From assembly GCA_028871795.1 (NCBI GenBank), contig JAGWMG010000006.1, positions 41,051 through 105,050 of the forward strand: a stretch of 64,000 nt of DNA, written 5' to 3'. Under the pieces are notes generated by a model. The model made no database searches. It had not been told where the DNA came from and saw nothing but the letters and a program-made list of their open reading frames with translations. The number at the start of each line of letters is the position of its first letter. The first letter of the stretch is position 1. This document shows, piece after piece, positions 8,726 through 17,612 of this stretch. Position numbers and translations under genes: made by a program. This DNA comes from Alphaproteobacteria bacterium (GTDB taxonomy: Bacteria; Pseudomonadota; Alphaproteobacteria; Micropepsales; Micropepsaceae).

Positions 8726-11596
8726 TCAGTATAGCCCGCCGGTACCCTCGCCGACCTGGCTGGGCGTCGTGGTGTTGGGGCCGGCCGGGGTGTCGCCGCC
8801 GATCACGATCTGAGGCGGCGCCCCGGGATCGCCAGGCGCCGTTCCCGACTTGAAGGCCTCTTCGATCGCTCCCGGCGTGCCTTCCGCCACCACCGCGCCC
8901 GTCAGGTGGTCCACGGGAACGAACTCGATTCCGGGCGGCACTCGGAACGGCGTCGGCGGTACATCCGCCAGCGCACCCTTCATAAAATCGCGAAAGACCG
9001 GCGCGGCGACGGTAGCGCCCTGCTCAAGCCTGCCGAGCGTGCGCGGATTGTCGAAGCCGACATAGACACCGCACGCTAAGTCGGGCGAGAAACCGACGAA
9101 CCAGGTGTCCTTGGACTCGTTCGAAGTACCCGTCTTGCCGGCCAGCGGCTTGCCGACGGCCAACACCGAGCGGCCGGTGCCGCGTTCCACCACGCCCTGC
9201 AGCAGGGAAACGATCTGATAAGCCGTGTTCGGATCCATGATCTGCTCGCGCGTGTCGGCCAGCAGCGGTTCAGCCTGGCCATGCCAGTTGGGGTCGTTGC
9301 AGCCCTCGCATGGGCGCGCATCGTGGCGCCATATCGTCTTGCCGTTGCGGTCCTGGATGCGGTCGATCAGCGAGGGCGTGATCTTCTTGCCGCCGTTGAC
9401 GAATTCCGCATAGCCGGTGGTCATCCTGAGCAGCGTCGTTGCCGTCGAGCCCAGGGCGTTGGCTAGCAGCGGCTGCAGGTGATCGTAAACGCCGAAGCGG
9501 TCGGCGTAAGGCACGATCTTGTCCATGCCCACGGCCTGTGCCAGACGGACGGTCATCAGGTTCTTGGAAAGCTCGATGCCGCGGCGCAGCGTTGCCAGGC
9601 CGATAAACTTCTTCTCGAAGTTCTCCGGGCGCCAAAGCGGCAGCCCGGGGCCCTGCTGGATCACAAAGGGTGCATCCAGCACCTTGGCGACCGGCGTGAA
9701 GCCGTTGTCGAGCGCGGCGGCGTAGACGAACGGCTTGAAGGCCGAACCGGGCTGGCGCAGTGCCTGCATGGCGCGGTCGTACTGGCTGGAGGCGTACGAA
9801 AACCCGCCGGACAGAGCCAGGACACGGCCCGTGTGAGGATCCATCGCCACGATGCCGCCGTTGACTTCCGGCACCTGGCGCAAGCCGAACATGCGAAGAC
9901 CGGCATTTGGTTGCACGTCCAGTGCTTCGACGTAGATCAAATCGCCGATTTTCACGACGTCCTGAGGCTTGACAGGCTGCGCGCCGACGTCGGCGGTTTC
10001 CTTGATTTCCTTGCGCGCCCATAGGAGTTCGCTGAACGGGATGCGCGCCAGCGTGCCGTCGTTCAGCCCTATGCGCGCGCTCTTGTCCGGCGAAAATCCC
10101 AGCACCACGGCGACCCGCCAAGTGTCGATGCCCGACTGGTTGGCGACGCTCTTCAGCGTTGTCTGCCAATCGCCGTTGACATTGATGTTGCTGACCGCGC
10201 CGCGCCAGCCGTGCCGCCGGTCGTACCGCACCAGCCCCATGCGCAAGGCGTTCACGGCATAGTTCTGCAATCGCGTGTCGAGGGACGAACGCACCTGCAG
10301 ACCGCCGTCGTAGAGCGCCTGCTGGCCGTATTTGGCATAAAGTTCGCGCCGCACTTCCTCGACAAAATAATTCGCGTCCTCCGCCTGGCTGCCGAGCGGG
10401 CGCGTATTGGCGTTCAAAGGTTCCGCGATCGCGGATTTTGCCTGTTCCTCGGTGATGTAGCCGTTCTCTTCCATCTGCCCGATGACCCAATTGCGGCGGT
10501 CGACGGCGGCTTGGTGGTGGAACCGCGGGTCGTAATGGCTGGGCGCCTTGGGCAACGCTGCGAGAAACGCCACTTCGGCAATATCGAGATCGTCCAGCGA
10601 CTTACCGAAATAGTTCAGCGCCGCTGCGGCCACGCCGTAGGAGTTCTGGCCGAGATTGATCTCGTTCAGATAGAGTTCAAGGACCTTTTCCTTCGAATAG
10701 GTGGAATCGATGCGCAATGCGAGGACCACTTCGCGGATTTTGCGCGCGATGCGGACATCGGAATTGAGCAAGAAGTTGCGCGCCACCTGCTGCGTGATGG
10801 TCGAAGCACCTTCAGGGCGGCGGCCGGCAACGACTTTGCCGATGTCCTTGAACGCCGCTCGCAGCATGCCGCTCGGATCGACGCCCGGATGGTTGAAGAA
10901 ATTGCGGTCCTCAGCCGAAGTGAACGCTTCCACCACCAGCTTGGGCACGAAGGCAATCGGCACGAACACGCGCCGCTCGCGCGCATATTCCCCGATCACC
11001 GTTCCGTCGCCGGCATAGACGCGCGTGGTGACGGGCGGGGCGTAGTTCTGCAACGCCTCGACGCTCGGCAGGTCGCGCGTGACGGACCAGATGTAGAGCA
11101 CGACCCCCAACGCGGCGAGGATCAGAAGGACGGCCGCAGACAATCCGCCGTAGACCACGGCACGGGCGCGCCAGGAACTCCAGGATCCCAGCCAGTAATC
11201 CCAAAACCGCAGTTCCGTCGTGGCGGCCGGCGGCTCGTCAAGCGGCTCGACGTCCGTCCGCGGCTCGCTGCTGGCATTCTTGGAAAAGCCGTCTGGGGCG
11301 AGGGGAAGTTCCCAACCTCCTAAGTTCGGGGAAGACTTCGGCGTCGGCAAGACAACAGGCTCAATGGTCCGCACCGGTTCATCCATCGCGGCAATTTTCG
11401 CCTCAGCCGAGGCGATGGGTTCCGGCGGCGGCACCGCGACCGGCTCGCCGGCCCACGCTGGTTCATCCATCACGACTGTTTCCGTCTCGGCCGCGCCGAC
11501 GGACTCCGGTGGCGGTACGACGGGTTCCGCCGGCCTTTCCTGCGCCTCAGGGGTACCGTCGTCCGGCGCGGGGTGCTCTTCTGTTCTATCGTTCAT
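8726..11596 (-). CDS. mrcA: Class A penicillin-binding protein 1A with extended Pro/acidic N-terminal tail
   Basis: Transglycosylase motifs SAEDRNF, GASTITQQVARN, RKIRE, LYLNEI; transpeptidase QPGSAFKP, SKN, GKTGT. Confidence 0.93.
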   Translation of the reverse strand: MNDRTEEHPAPDDGTPEAQERPAEPVVPPPESVGAAETETVVMDEPAWAGEPVAVPPPEPIASAEAKIAAMDEPVRTIEPVVLPTPKSSPNLGGWELPLAPDGFSKNASSEPRTDVEPLDEPPAATTELRFWDYWLGSWSSWRARAVVYGGLSAAVLLILAALGVVLYIWSVTRDLPSVEALQNYAPPVTTRVYAGDGTVIGEYARERRVFVPIAFVPKLVVEAFTSAEDRNFFNHPGVDPSGMLRAAFKDIGKVVAGRRPEGASTITQQVARNFLLNSDVRIARKIREVVLALRIDSTYSKEKVLELYLNEINLGQNSYGVAAAALNYFGKSLDDLDIAEVAFLAALPKAPSHYDPRFHHQAAVDRRNWVIGQMEENGYITEEQAKSAIAEPLNANTRPLGSQAEDANYFVEEVRRELYAKYGQQALYDGGLQVRSSLDTRLQNYAVNALRMGLVRYDRRHGWRGAVSNINVNGDWQTTLKSVANQSGIDTWRVAVVLGFSPDKSARIGLNDGTLARIPFSELLWARKEIKETADVGAQPVKPQDVVKIGDLIYVEALDVQPNAGLRMFGLRQVPEVNGGIVAMDPHTGRVLALSGGFSYASSQYDRAMQALRQPGSAFKPFVYAAALDNGFTPVAKVLDAPFVIQQGPGLPLWRPENFEKKFIGLATLRRGIELSKNLMTVRLAQAVGMDKIVPYADRFGVYDHLQPLLANALGSTATTLLRMTTGYAEFVNGGKKITPSLIDRIQDRNGKTIWRHDARPCEGCNDPNWHGQAEPLLADTREQIMDPNTAYQIVSLLQGVVERGTGRSVLAVGKPLAGKTGTSNESKDTWFVGFSPDLACGVYVGFDNPRTLGRLEQGATVAAPVFRDFMKGALADVPPTPFRVPPGIEFVPVDHLTGAVVAEGTPGAIEEAFKSGTAPGDPGAPPQIVIGGDTPAGPNTTTPSQVGEGTGGLY
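11376..11540 (-). repeat. Imperfect 84-bp (28-aa) tandem duplication in PBP1A N-terminus
   Basis: ggttcatccatc recurs at 11376 and 11460 with continued alignment; protein EPVVPPPESVGAAETETVVMDEP / EPVAVPPPEPIASAEAKIAAMDEP. Confidence 0.8.
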
Positions 11597-11629
11597 GGAA
11601 CGCGATTATGACCGTGCAAAGCCATTCCG

Positions 11630-12985
11630 TCACGGCACGCCTTGGGCCGTTTTTTGCTCGCCCGTTGCTGCAGTTGCGAAATGGCGATCTACGGCCTCTG
11701 CGATAGCATTGGCGACGCCGTCGCGCCAAGCGGGAGATTTCAGTTGTTCTGTGTCGTGCGCGTTCGACAGGTAACCAAGCTCGATCAGCACCGCAGGCAC
11801 GTCCGGAGCCTTCAGTACAACCAGCGCGGCGGAACGATGGGGCTGGCGTGGTAATATGTCCGTAGCATGTGAAAGTCCCGCAATGGCCGTTTCCGCAAAA
11901 CGTGACGATTTGTTCATCGTGTCGCGCTGCGCCAAGTCTATGAGGATGGGCGCTACGGCGGAATTATCGCCCGACAGATCGACGCCGGCGATGATGTCGG
12001 ACTGGTTCTCTTTTGCGGCCAGCGCGGCGGCTTCCTTGTCCGATCCCTTCTCCGACAGCGTATAGATCGAAAGCCCTTCGACAGCCGGATCGTGGATGGA
12101 ATCCGCGTGGATCGAGATAAAGAGGTCCGCGTGCCAGGCGCGCGCCATGTTCACCCGCTGACGCAGGGGAACATAAACATCGCTGTCTCGCGTCATGTGC
12201 ACCGCATAGCCGTGCGCCTGGAGTGTTTTTTTCAATCTTAGCGCTTCGGCAAGCACTATGTCCTTTTCCATCGTCCCGTCCGCACCCACTGTGCCCGAAT
12301 CGATGCCACCATGCCCCGGATCGATGATGATGATCTTCCCGCCGGACGCTTGCGGAAGCACGGCCATCTGCGGTGGCGGCGCTGCCATCTGTTCGGCGGC
12401 GTATTCCCTGGCTTTGAGGTCTGCGGGCCAGCCGGCCGTGCGGTCGAATTTTGCCTGCGTGGTCGGAAACAAATCGATGACGACACGGTAGCCGTAGCCG
12501 TTCGACGGCGGCAGAACGAGCGCATCGCTCACCTGAACCGGCTGGTTGAGATCGATCACAAACCGGGAATTGCCGGGCCGGAACAACCCATAGCGGTAAC
12601 TTTTCACGGCCCCCTGGCCTGTCGGCAGCGGCGGGCCTTCCAGGTGCCACCGCACGGCGGGCATATCGATGACCACGCGGCTCGGGTTCGTCAGAGTGAA
12701 GGTGCGTATATCGACCGGATCGGACAATTCCACCACGAAGCGGGTGCGATCGGGATGCTCGCCGATGCGCGCGCTCAGCACGATGGATTCGGAAGGCTGG
12801 ACCCCGGTCTTGGCCGCCTCGCCATTCTGCGGAATTGGGGGAGCCTGGTCCGGCGTCTTCCGCAGGATTTTGGCGATGACATCGTCAACCGTACGCGGCG
12901 CCGGGGTTGCCGCATCCTTGGCTGCCGCACCCCCTGCGACTAGGCAAACCACTATGCCTAAAGCGATATTTCGAACTTTTCGCAT
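11630..12985 (-). CDS. amiC: N-acetylmuramoyl-L-alanine amidase (AMIN + Amidase_3)
   Basis: Signal peptide, RFVVELS/RVVID AMIN repeats, IDPGHGGID, EKD, SIHAD, LIELGYLSN. Confidence 0.92.
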   Translation of the reverse strand: MRKVRNIALGIVVCLVAGGAAAKDAATPAPRTVDDVIAKILRKTPDQAPPIPQNGEAAKTGVQPSESIVLSARIGEHPDRTRFVVELSDPVDIRTFTLTNPSRVVIDMPAVRWHLEGPPLPTGQGAVKSYRYGLFRPGNSRFVIDLNQPVQVSDALVLPPSNGYGYRVVIDLFPTTQAKFDRTAGWPADLKAREYAAEQMAAPPPQMAVLPQASGGKIIIIDPGHGGIDSGTVGADGTMEKDIVLAEALRLKKTLQAHGYAVHMTRDSDVYVPLRQRVNMARAWHADLFISIHADSIHDPAVEGLSIYTLSEKGSDKEAAALAAKENQSDIIAGVDLSGDNSAVAPILIDLAQRDTMNKSSRFAETAIAGLSHATDILPRQPHRSAALVVLKAPDVPAVLIELGYLSNAHDTEQLKSPAWRDGVANAIAEAVDRHFATAATGEQKTAQGVP

Positions 12986-13439
12986 CGCTTCCGGAGCAAT
13001 CCCGACCCTCGAACCGAGAGTTGTGCATAAACTATTTACGCTTCGTTAGCACCTTAGGAATTTGACTATTTCAAAGGGCTTCCTCTTGCCGTGGTGCGGC
13101 AGGACACCTACAAATGCTTAAAGCTGCGTCGCAAAAGGGCAAGCTTCGGCTCGCCCAAAGGATCCGGACGCAGGCCAGAAAAATCCGAGGACAAGCCTCG
13201 GGATTTGGCCGCCAGGTTTCCCTGCCACGGCAGCAGCTTTCCCCTCCAGGCGGCTTGGTGCTGTCTGGCCGCAAAACGTGATGAGATGAACGACCTAGCG
13301 TACGCCTATTTGCACCAGCCCGCGGCACTGCCGCTGGCGGCGGCACGGCGGCGCTTGTCCCCAACAAGGTGGCCCATTTTGAGCCCGGATCGCGCGTCCA
13401 GGCGCACGGCTGGCTCCGGCGCGCCGCCTGGAGATTTCT

Positions 13440-16184
13440 ATGCCCAAGCGTATGTTGATCGATGCAAGCCACCCGGAAGAGACCCGGGTCGTCGTCCTCG
13501 ACGGACAAAAAGTCGAAGAATTTGATTTCGAGGCCGCATCCAAGCGGCCGCTCAAAGGCAACATCTATCTCGCCAAGGTGACGCGCGTGGAGCCGTCGCT
13601 GCAAGCGGCTTTCGTCGAATACGGCGGGAACCGGCAAGGCTTCCTCGCCTTTTCGGAAATCCATCCGGACTATTACCAAATCCCCGTCGCGGACCGCATG
13701 GCGTTGATCGCCGAACAAGAGGCTGACGCGCGCCACCGGCAGGAAGACGATTTCGAATCCTTCGAAATCGGCTCGGGACAGAAGGCCGGCGTCACGGCGG
13801 AAGAGGTGTCAAGCTCGGGAGCAGAGGAGGCCTCCGTTTCCGGGATAGAAGATTCAGACACCGACAAATTCGGCAAAACTCTGACGGAAGACGACGGCCC
13901 CGACCAGGATGAGCCGTCGGGAGCGGACACTTTCCTAGGTGAAACTGACCAAGAAGAGCGCTCGACCGACGAGGACGATGCTGGGGATCAGAGCGGTGTG
14001 GCTGAAGCTCTCACCGAGGCAAACTCGGACGACGACGAGACGTTCGAGCCCGAAGACATTTCAACGCGAGAGGCCGCCACCCAGCCTTCCGGCGTCGAAC
14101 CCGAAACCGGCGATGCCGCACAGCCGCTGCAGGCGAAACGGCCGTCGCAGCGTTGGATGCGCCGGCGCCATTACAAGATCCAGGAAGTCATCAAGCGCCG
14201 CCAGATCATCCTGGTGCAGGTGGTCAAGGAAGAACGCGGCAACAAAGGCGCGGCGCTCACGACCTATCTTTCGCTGGCCGGCCGTTATTGCGTGCTGATG
14301 CCCAATACACCGCGCGGCGGCGGCATCAGTCGCAAGATCACCAATGCGAACGACCGCAAGCGGCTGAAATCGGCGGCCCAGACACTCGAATTGCCGGAAG
14401 GCATGGGACTCATTATCCGCACGGCGGGCGAGAACCGAACCAAGGTCGAGATCAAGCGGGATTACGAATATCTGCTGCGCCTGTGGGACACGATCCGCGA
14501 GCTGACGCTGAAATCCAACGCGCCCGCCTGCGTGTACGAGGAAGGCGATCTGATTAAGCGCGCCATTCGCGACCTCTACAATAAGGACGTCTCGGAGGTC
14601 GTTGTCGAGGGTGATGGCGGTTATCACAACGCAAAAGATTTCATGCGAATGCTGATGCCGTCTCATGCGAAAAATGTGAAGTCCTACAAGGAGGCGGTGC
14701 CGCTCTTCCAACACCACCACATCGAGGCGCAACTCGATGCGATGTTCCAACCGACCATCACACTCAAGTCCGGCGGCTACATCGTCGTCAACCAGACTGA
14801 AGCGCTCGTTGCCATCGACGTGAATTCGGGGCGCGCGACCCGCGAGCATTCGATCGAGGACACTGCCACCAAGACGAACCTCGAAGCCGCCGACGAGATC
14901 GGCCGCCAGCTGCGCCTGCGCGATCTGGCCGGCCTCATCGTCATCGACTTCATCGACATGGAAGACAGCCGCAACGACCGCACTGTCGAAAAACGGATAC
15001 ACAACGCGGTGAAGAACGACCGCGCGCGGGTGCAGATCGGAAAAATCAGCCAATTCGGTCTGCTCGAAATGTCGCGCCAGCGTCTACGGGCCGGCGTTGT
15101 CGCCGGCTCCACCGTGCCCTGCCCGCACTGCGGCGGCCAAGGCATCGTACGCTCGGTCGAATCGACATCGCTGCGCGTGCTGCGCGGACTGGAGGAAGAG
15201 GCCCAGCGTCAGCGCGCGGACGGCCTTGTCGTGCGCGTCGCGACCGACGTCGTCATCTACACGCTGAACCAGAAGCGCCGCGAACTCGCGCGCCTGGAAA
15301 GCGAATACGACATCGCCATCAGCTTCGATCCCAAAGAGGGTCTCAAGGCCGGCGACTTCGACATCGAACGTGTCGGGCAACGCGATCCGGAAACCCGCCC
15401 AAAACCGGTGATGCCGGTCGAGGTCGCTCCGCCGGCCGTCGAGGCGGAGGCCGAGCCGGAGATCGTCGAGGAGATCGAGTCCGCCCCTTCCGAAGATACA
15501 ATGCATGAGGAAATACCGGCGGAATCCCGTCAACACCTGCAGCCGGGCGACAGCGGCAGCCGCCGTCGTCGGCGGCGGCGCCGTCGAGGCGGTCGTGATC
15601 GCGACCATCCGCTGCAGGGCGATCAGCGCCCCGAACACGATGCCCCGCAGATTGCGGACGGCAATGGCCGCGAAGCCCGTAGCGGCAACACGGCTGGGGC
15701 CGTCGAGGAGACGGACAAGCGCCCCGTTCAGGCGGCGCAAAACGGCGAAAGTCCGCCGAGCGAACAACAAGGACAATTCGGCGAAGGCCGCCGGCGCAGA
15801 CGCCGGCGCAGACGCGGACGCCGCGGCGGTCGCGACCGGGAAAACATTGGCGGCGAACAGCGCGCCGACGGCGACGCACCGGCCTCGGTTGACGCACCGG
15901 TCAACGATCGTTACGGCCAACCGGACGAAATAGACACCACGCCCCGCGAGGAACCGCGAAATCTACCGGAAATGCGCCCGGCCGTTCCGCCTGAAGCCAT
16001 TCCCAATGCCGCCTCGACGCCCGTCTGGTCGCTCGAGGTGGAACGCACCCAGCCGCCGCGAAAGCCAGTCGCTGAAAAAGTGCAGGCACCCGAACCGCCC
16101 GCGGCGCCCGACGCGCCGCCGCGCGAGACCGCGCCGCAGCCCAGCAAGAAAGGCTGGTGGCAGAGGGCGTTCAGGACGGACTGA
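13440..16184 (+). CDS. rne: Ribonuclease E
   Basis: MLIDASHPEETRVVV, KGNIYLAKVTRVEPSLQAAF, DVNSG, DFIDM, CPHC Zn link, Arg-rich disordered C-terminus ending GWWQR. Confidence 0.96.
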   Translation: MPKRMLIDASHPEETRVVVLDGQKVEEFDFEAASKRPLKGNIYLAKVTRVEPSLQAAFVEYGGNRQGFLAFSEIHPDYYQIPVADRMALIAEQEADARHRQEDDFESFEIGSGQKAGVTAEEVSSSGAEEASVSGIEDSDTDKFGKTLTEDDGPDQDEPSGADTFLGETDQEERSTDEDDAGDQSGVAEALTEANSDDDETFEPEDISTREAATQPSGVEPETGDAAQPLQAKRPSQRWMRRRHYKIQEVIKRRQIILVQVVKEERGNKGAALTTYLSLAGRYCVLMPNTPRGGGISRKITNANDRKRLKSAAQTLELPEGMGLIIRTAGENRTKVEIKRDYEYLLRLWDTIRELTLKSNAPACVYEEGDLIKRAIRDLYNKDVSEVVVEGDGGYHNAKDFMRMLMPSHAKNVKSYKEAVPLFQHHHIEAQLDAMFQPTITLKSGGYIVVNQTEALVAIDVNSGRATREHSIEDTATKTNLEAADEIGRQLRLRDLAGLIVIDFIDMEDSRNDRTVEKRIHNAVKNDRARVQIGKISQFGLLEMSRQRLRAGVVAGSTVPCPHCGGQGIVRSVESTSLRVLRGLEEEAQRQRADGLVVRVATDVVIYTLNQKRRELARLESEYDIAISFDPKEGLKAGDFDIERVGQRDPETRPKPVMPVEVAPPAVEAEAEPEIVEEIESAPSEDTMHEEIPAESRQHLQPGDSGSRRRRRRRRRGGRDRDHPLQGDQRPEHDAPQIADGNGREARSGNTAGAVEETDKRPVQAAQNGESPPSEQQGQFGEGRRRRRRRRRGRRGGRDRENIGGEQRADGDAPASVDAPVNDRYGQPDEIDTTPREEPRNLPEMRPAVPPEAIPNAASTPVWSLEVERTQPPRKPVAEKVQAPEPPAAPDAPPRETAPQPSKKGWWQRAFRTD

Positions 16185-16197
16185 TCGAAGCCGCTCG

Positions 16198-17559
16198 CTA
16201 ATTCGGCGTTACGGCGGCACCCAGTCCGCTCGCTGCCGGATCCGGCAGCGCCGCGCACACGCTGCCGCCGCAGATGATCGCATTCACCGTGTCGTATGGC
16301 GCAACGCCGGTGGAGCGAAGTTCATTGCGGGTAACGATTTCCTCGTCATGCGCAATGCGAGTCAGGGCATACGCTATCGCCGCGCTGCCGTTGGGCCCGC
16401 CTGCACCGGCGCCGGCAAGTGTCGCCGGCCGGTCGCCACTCGGACTCGCAATCACAGGCGTAAGGAATGCGGAAGCCAAGCCGGTTGCATCCGACGACGG
16501 TGCCCGCGCCAGAGTCACGCCGGTACCCAACGCCGTGTGACCGGACCCGAAGGGACCGTTCATCGTCACGGCGCAGGCGACCGCCTGACCGGTTGCGTCC
16601 GTCGCCGCAAACCCGGTAGCACCGAGATCTTTCGGCAGGCTGTTGAGCTTGAAGTTGTCGAGCGTTTGCTTGACGGCCACGATCACCGCAGCCTCCGCGT
16701 CCTTCGCGCCGGTCGGCGTCGCCTGCGCGCGGCTCAAATTGTCGAGCAGCGCGCCGGCAAAGGCGCCCGCGCCGGTACGGGACGCCGGCAGGAACACATA
16801 GTCGCCGCCCATCTGCATAACACGCGGAGTCGTGCGCTCCGCCTGATAAGACGCAAGATCGGCAAGGCCGATAGCGCCGCCTTGCGATGCGGAATAGGCG
16901 GCGATCTTTTCGCCGACGGCACCCGTATAGAATGCGTCGGCGCCCCCCGTCCGGATCGACGACAAGGTTTCCGCAAGATCCAGATTCGTCGCGATGCTTC
17001 CGGTGCTCTTGAGATGGCCGGATTCATCCATGAATTCCGCCGCCAGACCGGCATCGAGGCGAACCACATCCGCCGCATCGTTGAGACGGAGCGCCAAGGC
17101 CTTCGAAATCGGAAAGCCCGTGCGGGCGTAGACTTCCGCCGGCGCAATCACCTTCTGCCAGGGAAGTGCGCCATAAGCGCTTTGCATCAGCGCAAATCCA
17201 CGGACAACGCCCGGCACCGCGTAGGCGCCGCCCCCGGTTACGTCGCGCGCCAGAAAATCGAACTCCTCACTCTGATTGTGCGCCGGATCGTGAACGATGC
17301 AGATGCCTCCGCCGCCAAGCCCCGCCGAGACCGGATAGGTGACGGACAGCGCAAAATACATTGCCGTGGCCGCATCGACCGCGTTGCCGCCTTGCGCCAG
17401 CGTGGCGGCCCCCACTTTCACGGCAAAGGGTTCATCGCCGACCACCTGCGCCGTGGCTTGGTCCGACCTGTCGAGCCCCAGCGTGCTGCCGACGTCTACC
17501 GAACAACCCGCGAGAAGAAAAAGGCCGGCCGTACCGGCGAAGAGGCGTGAGCAAAACAT
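16198..17559 (-). CDS. Gamma-glutamyltransferase-like lipoprotein, probably catalytically degenerate
   Basis: Lipobox FLLAGC; GGNAVDAA, YPVSAGLGGGG, FDFLAR, VPG, VTMNGPFGSG; nucleophile position reads ATGF instead of TTHF. Confidence 0.75.
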   Translation of the reverse strand: MFCSRLFAGTAGLFLLAGCSVDVGSTLGLDRSDQATAQVVGDEPFAVKVGAATLAQGGNAVDAATAMYFALSVTYPVSAGLGGGGICIVHDPAHNQSEEFDFLARDVTGGGAYAVPGVVRGFALMQSAYGALPWQKVIAPAEVYARTGFPISKALALRLNDAADVVRLDAGLAAEFMDESGHLKSTGSIATNLDLAETLSSIRTGGADAFYTGAVGEKIAAYSASQGGAIGLADLASYQAERTTPRVMQMGGDYVFLPASRTGAGAFAGALLDNLSRAQATPTGAKDAEAAVIVAVKQTLDNFKLNSLPKDLGATGFAATDATGQAVACAVTMNGPFGSGHTALGTGVTLARAPSSDATGLASAFLTPVIASPSGDRPATLAGAGAGGPNGSAAIAYALTRIAHDEEIVTRNELRSTGVAPYDTVNAIICGGSVCAALPDPAASGLGAAVTPN

Positions 17560-17612
17560 GAACCGGGTGTAATCCTTGGCTGTTTGACGACGAAACGGTA
17601 CGGTGGTGTCCG

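Noticed and set aside
13034-13048. CtrA site (TTAA-N7-TTAA) in amiC promoter
   Set aside because: TTTA-N7-TTAG has a mismatch in each half within an AT-rich patch; too weak.
15560-15835. Arg-codon repeats (cgccgtcgtcggcgg..., cggcgcagacgc x2) as DNA repeats
   Set aside because: They encode the RNase E Arg-rich RNA-binding blocks; protein-level low complexity.
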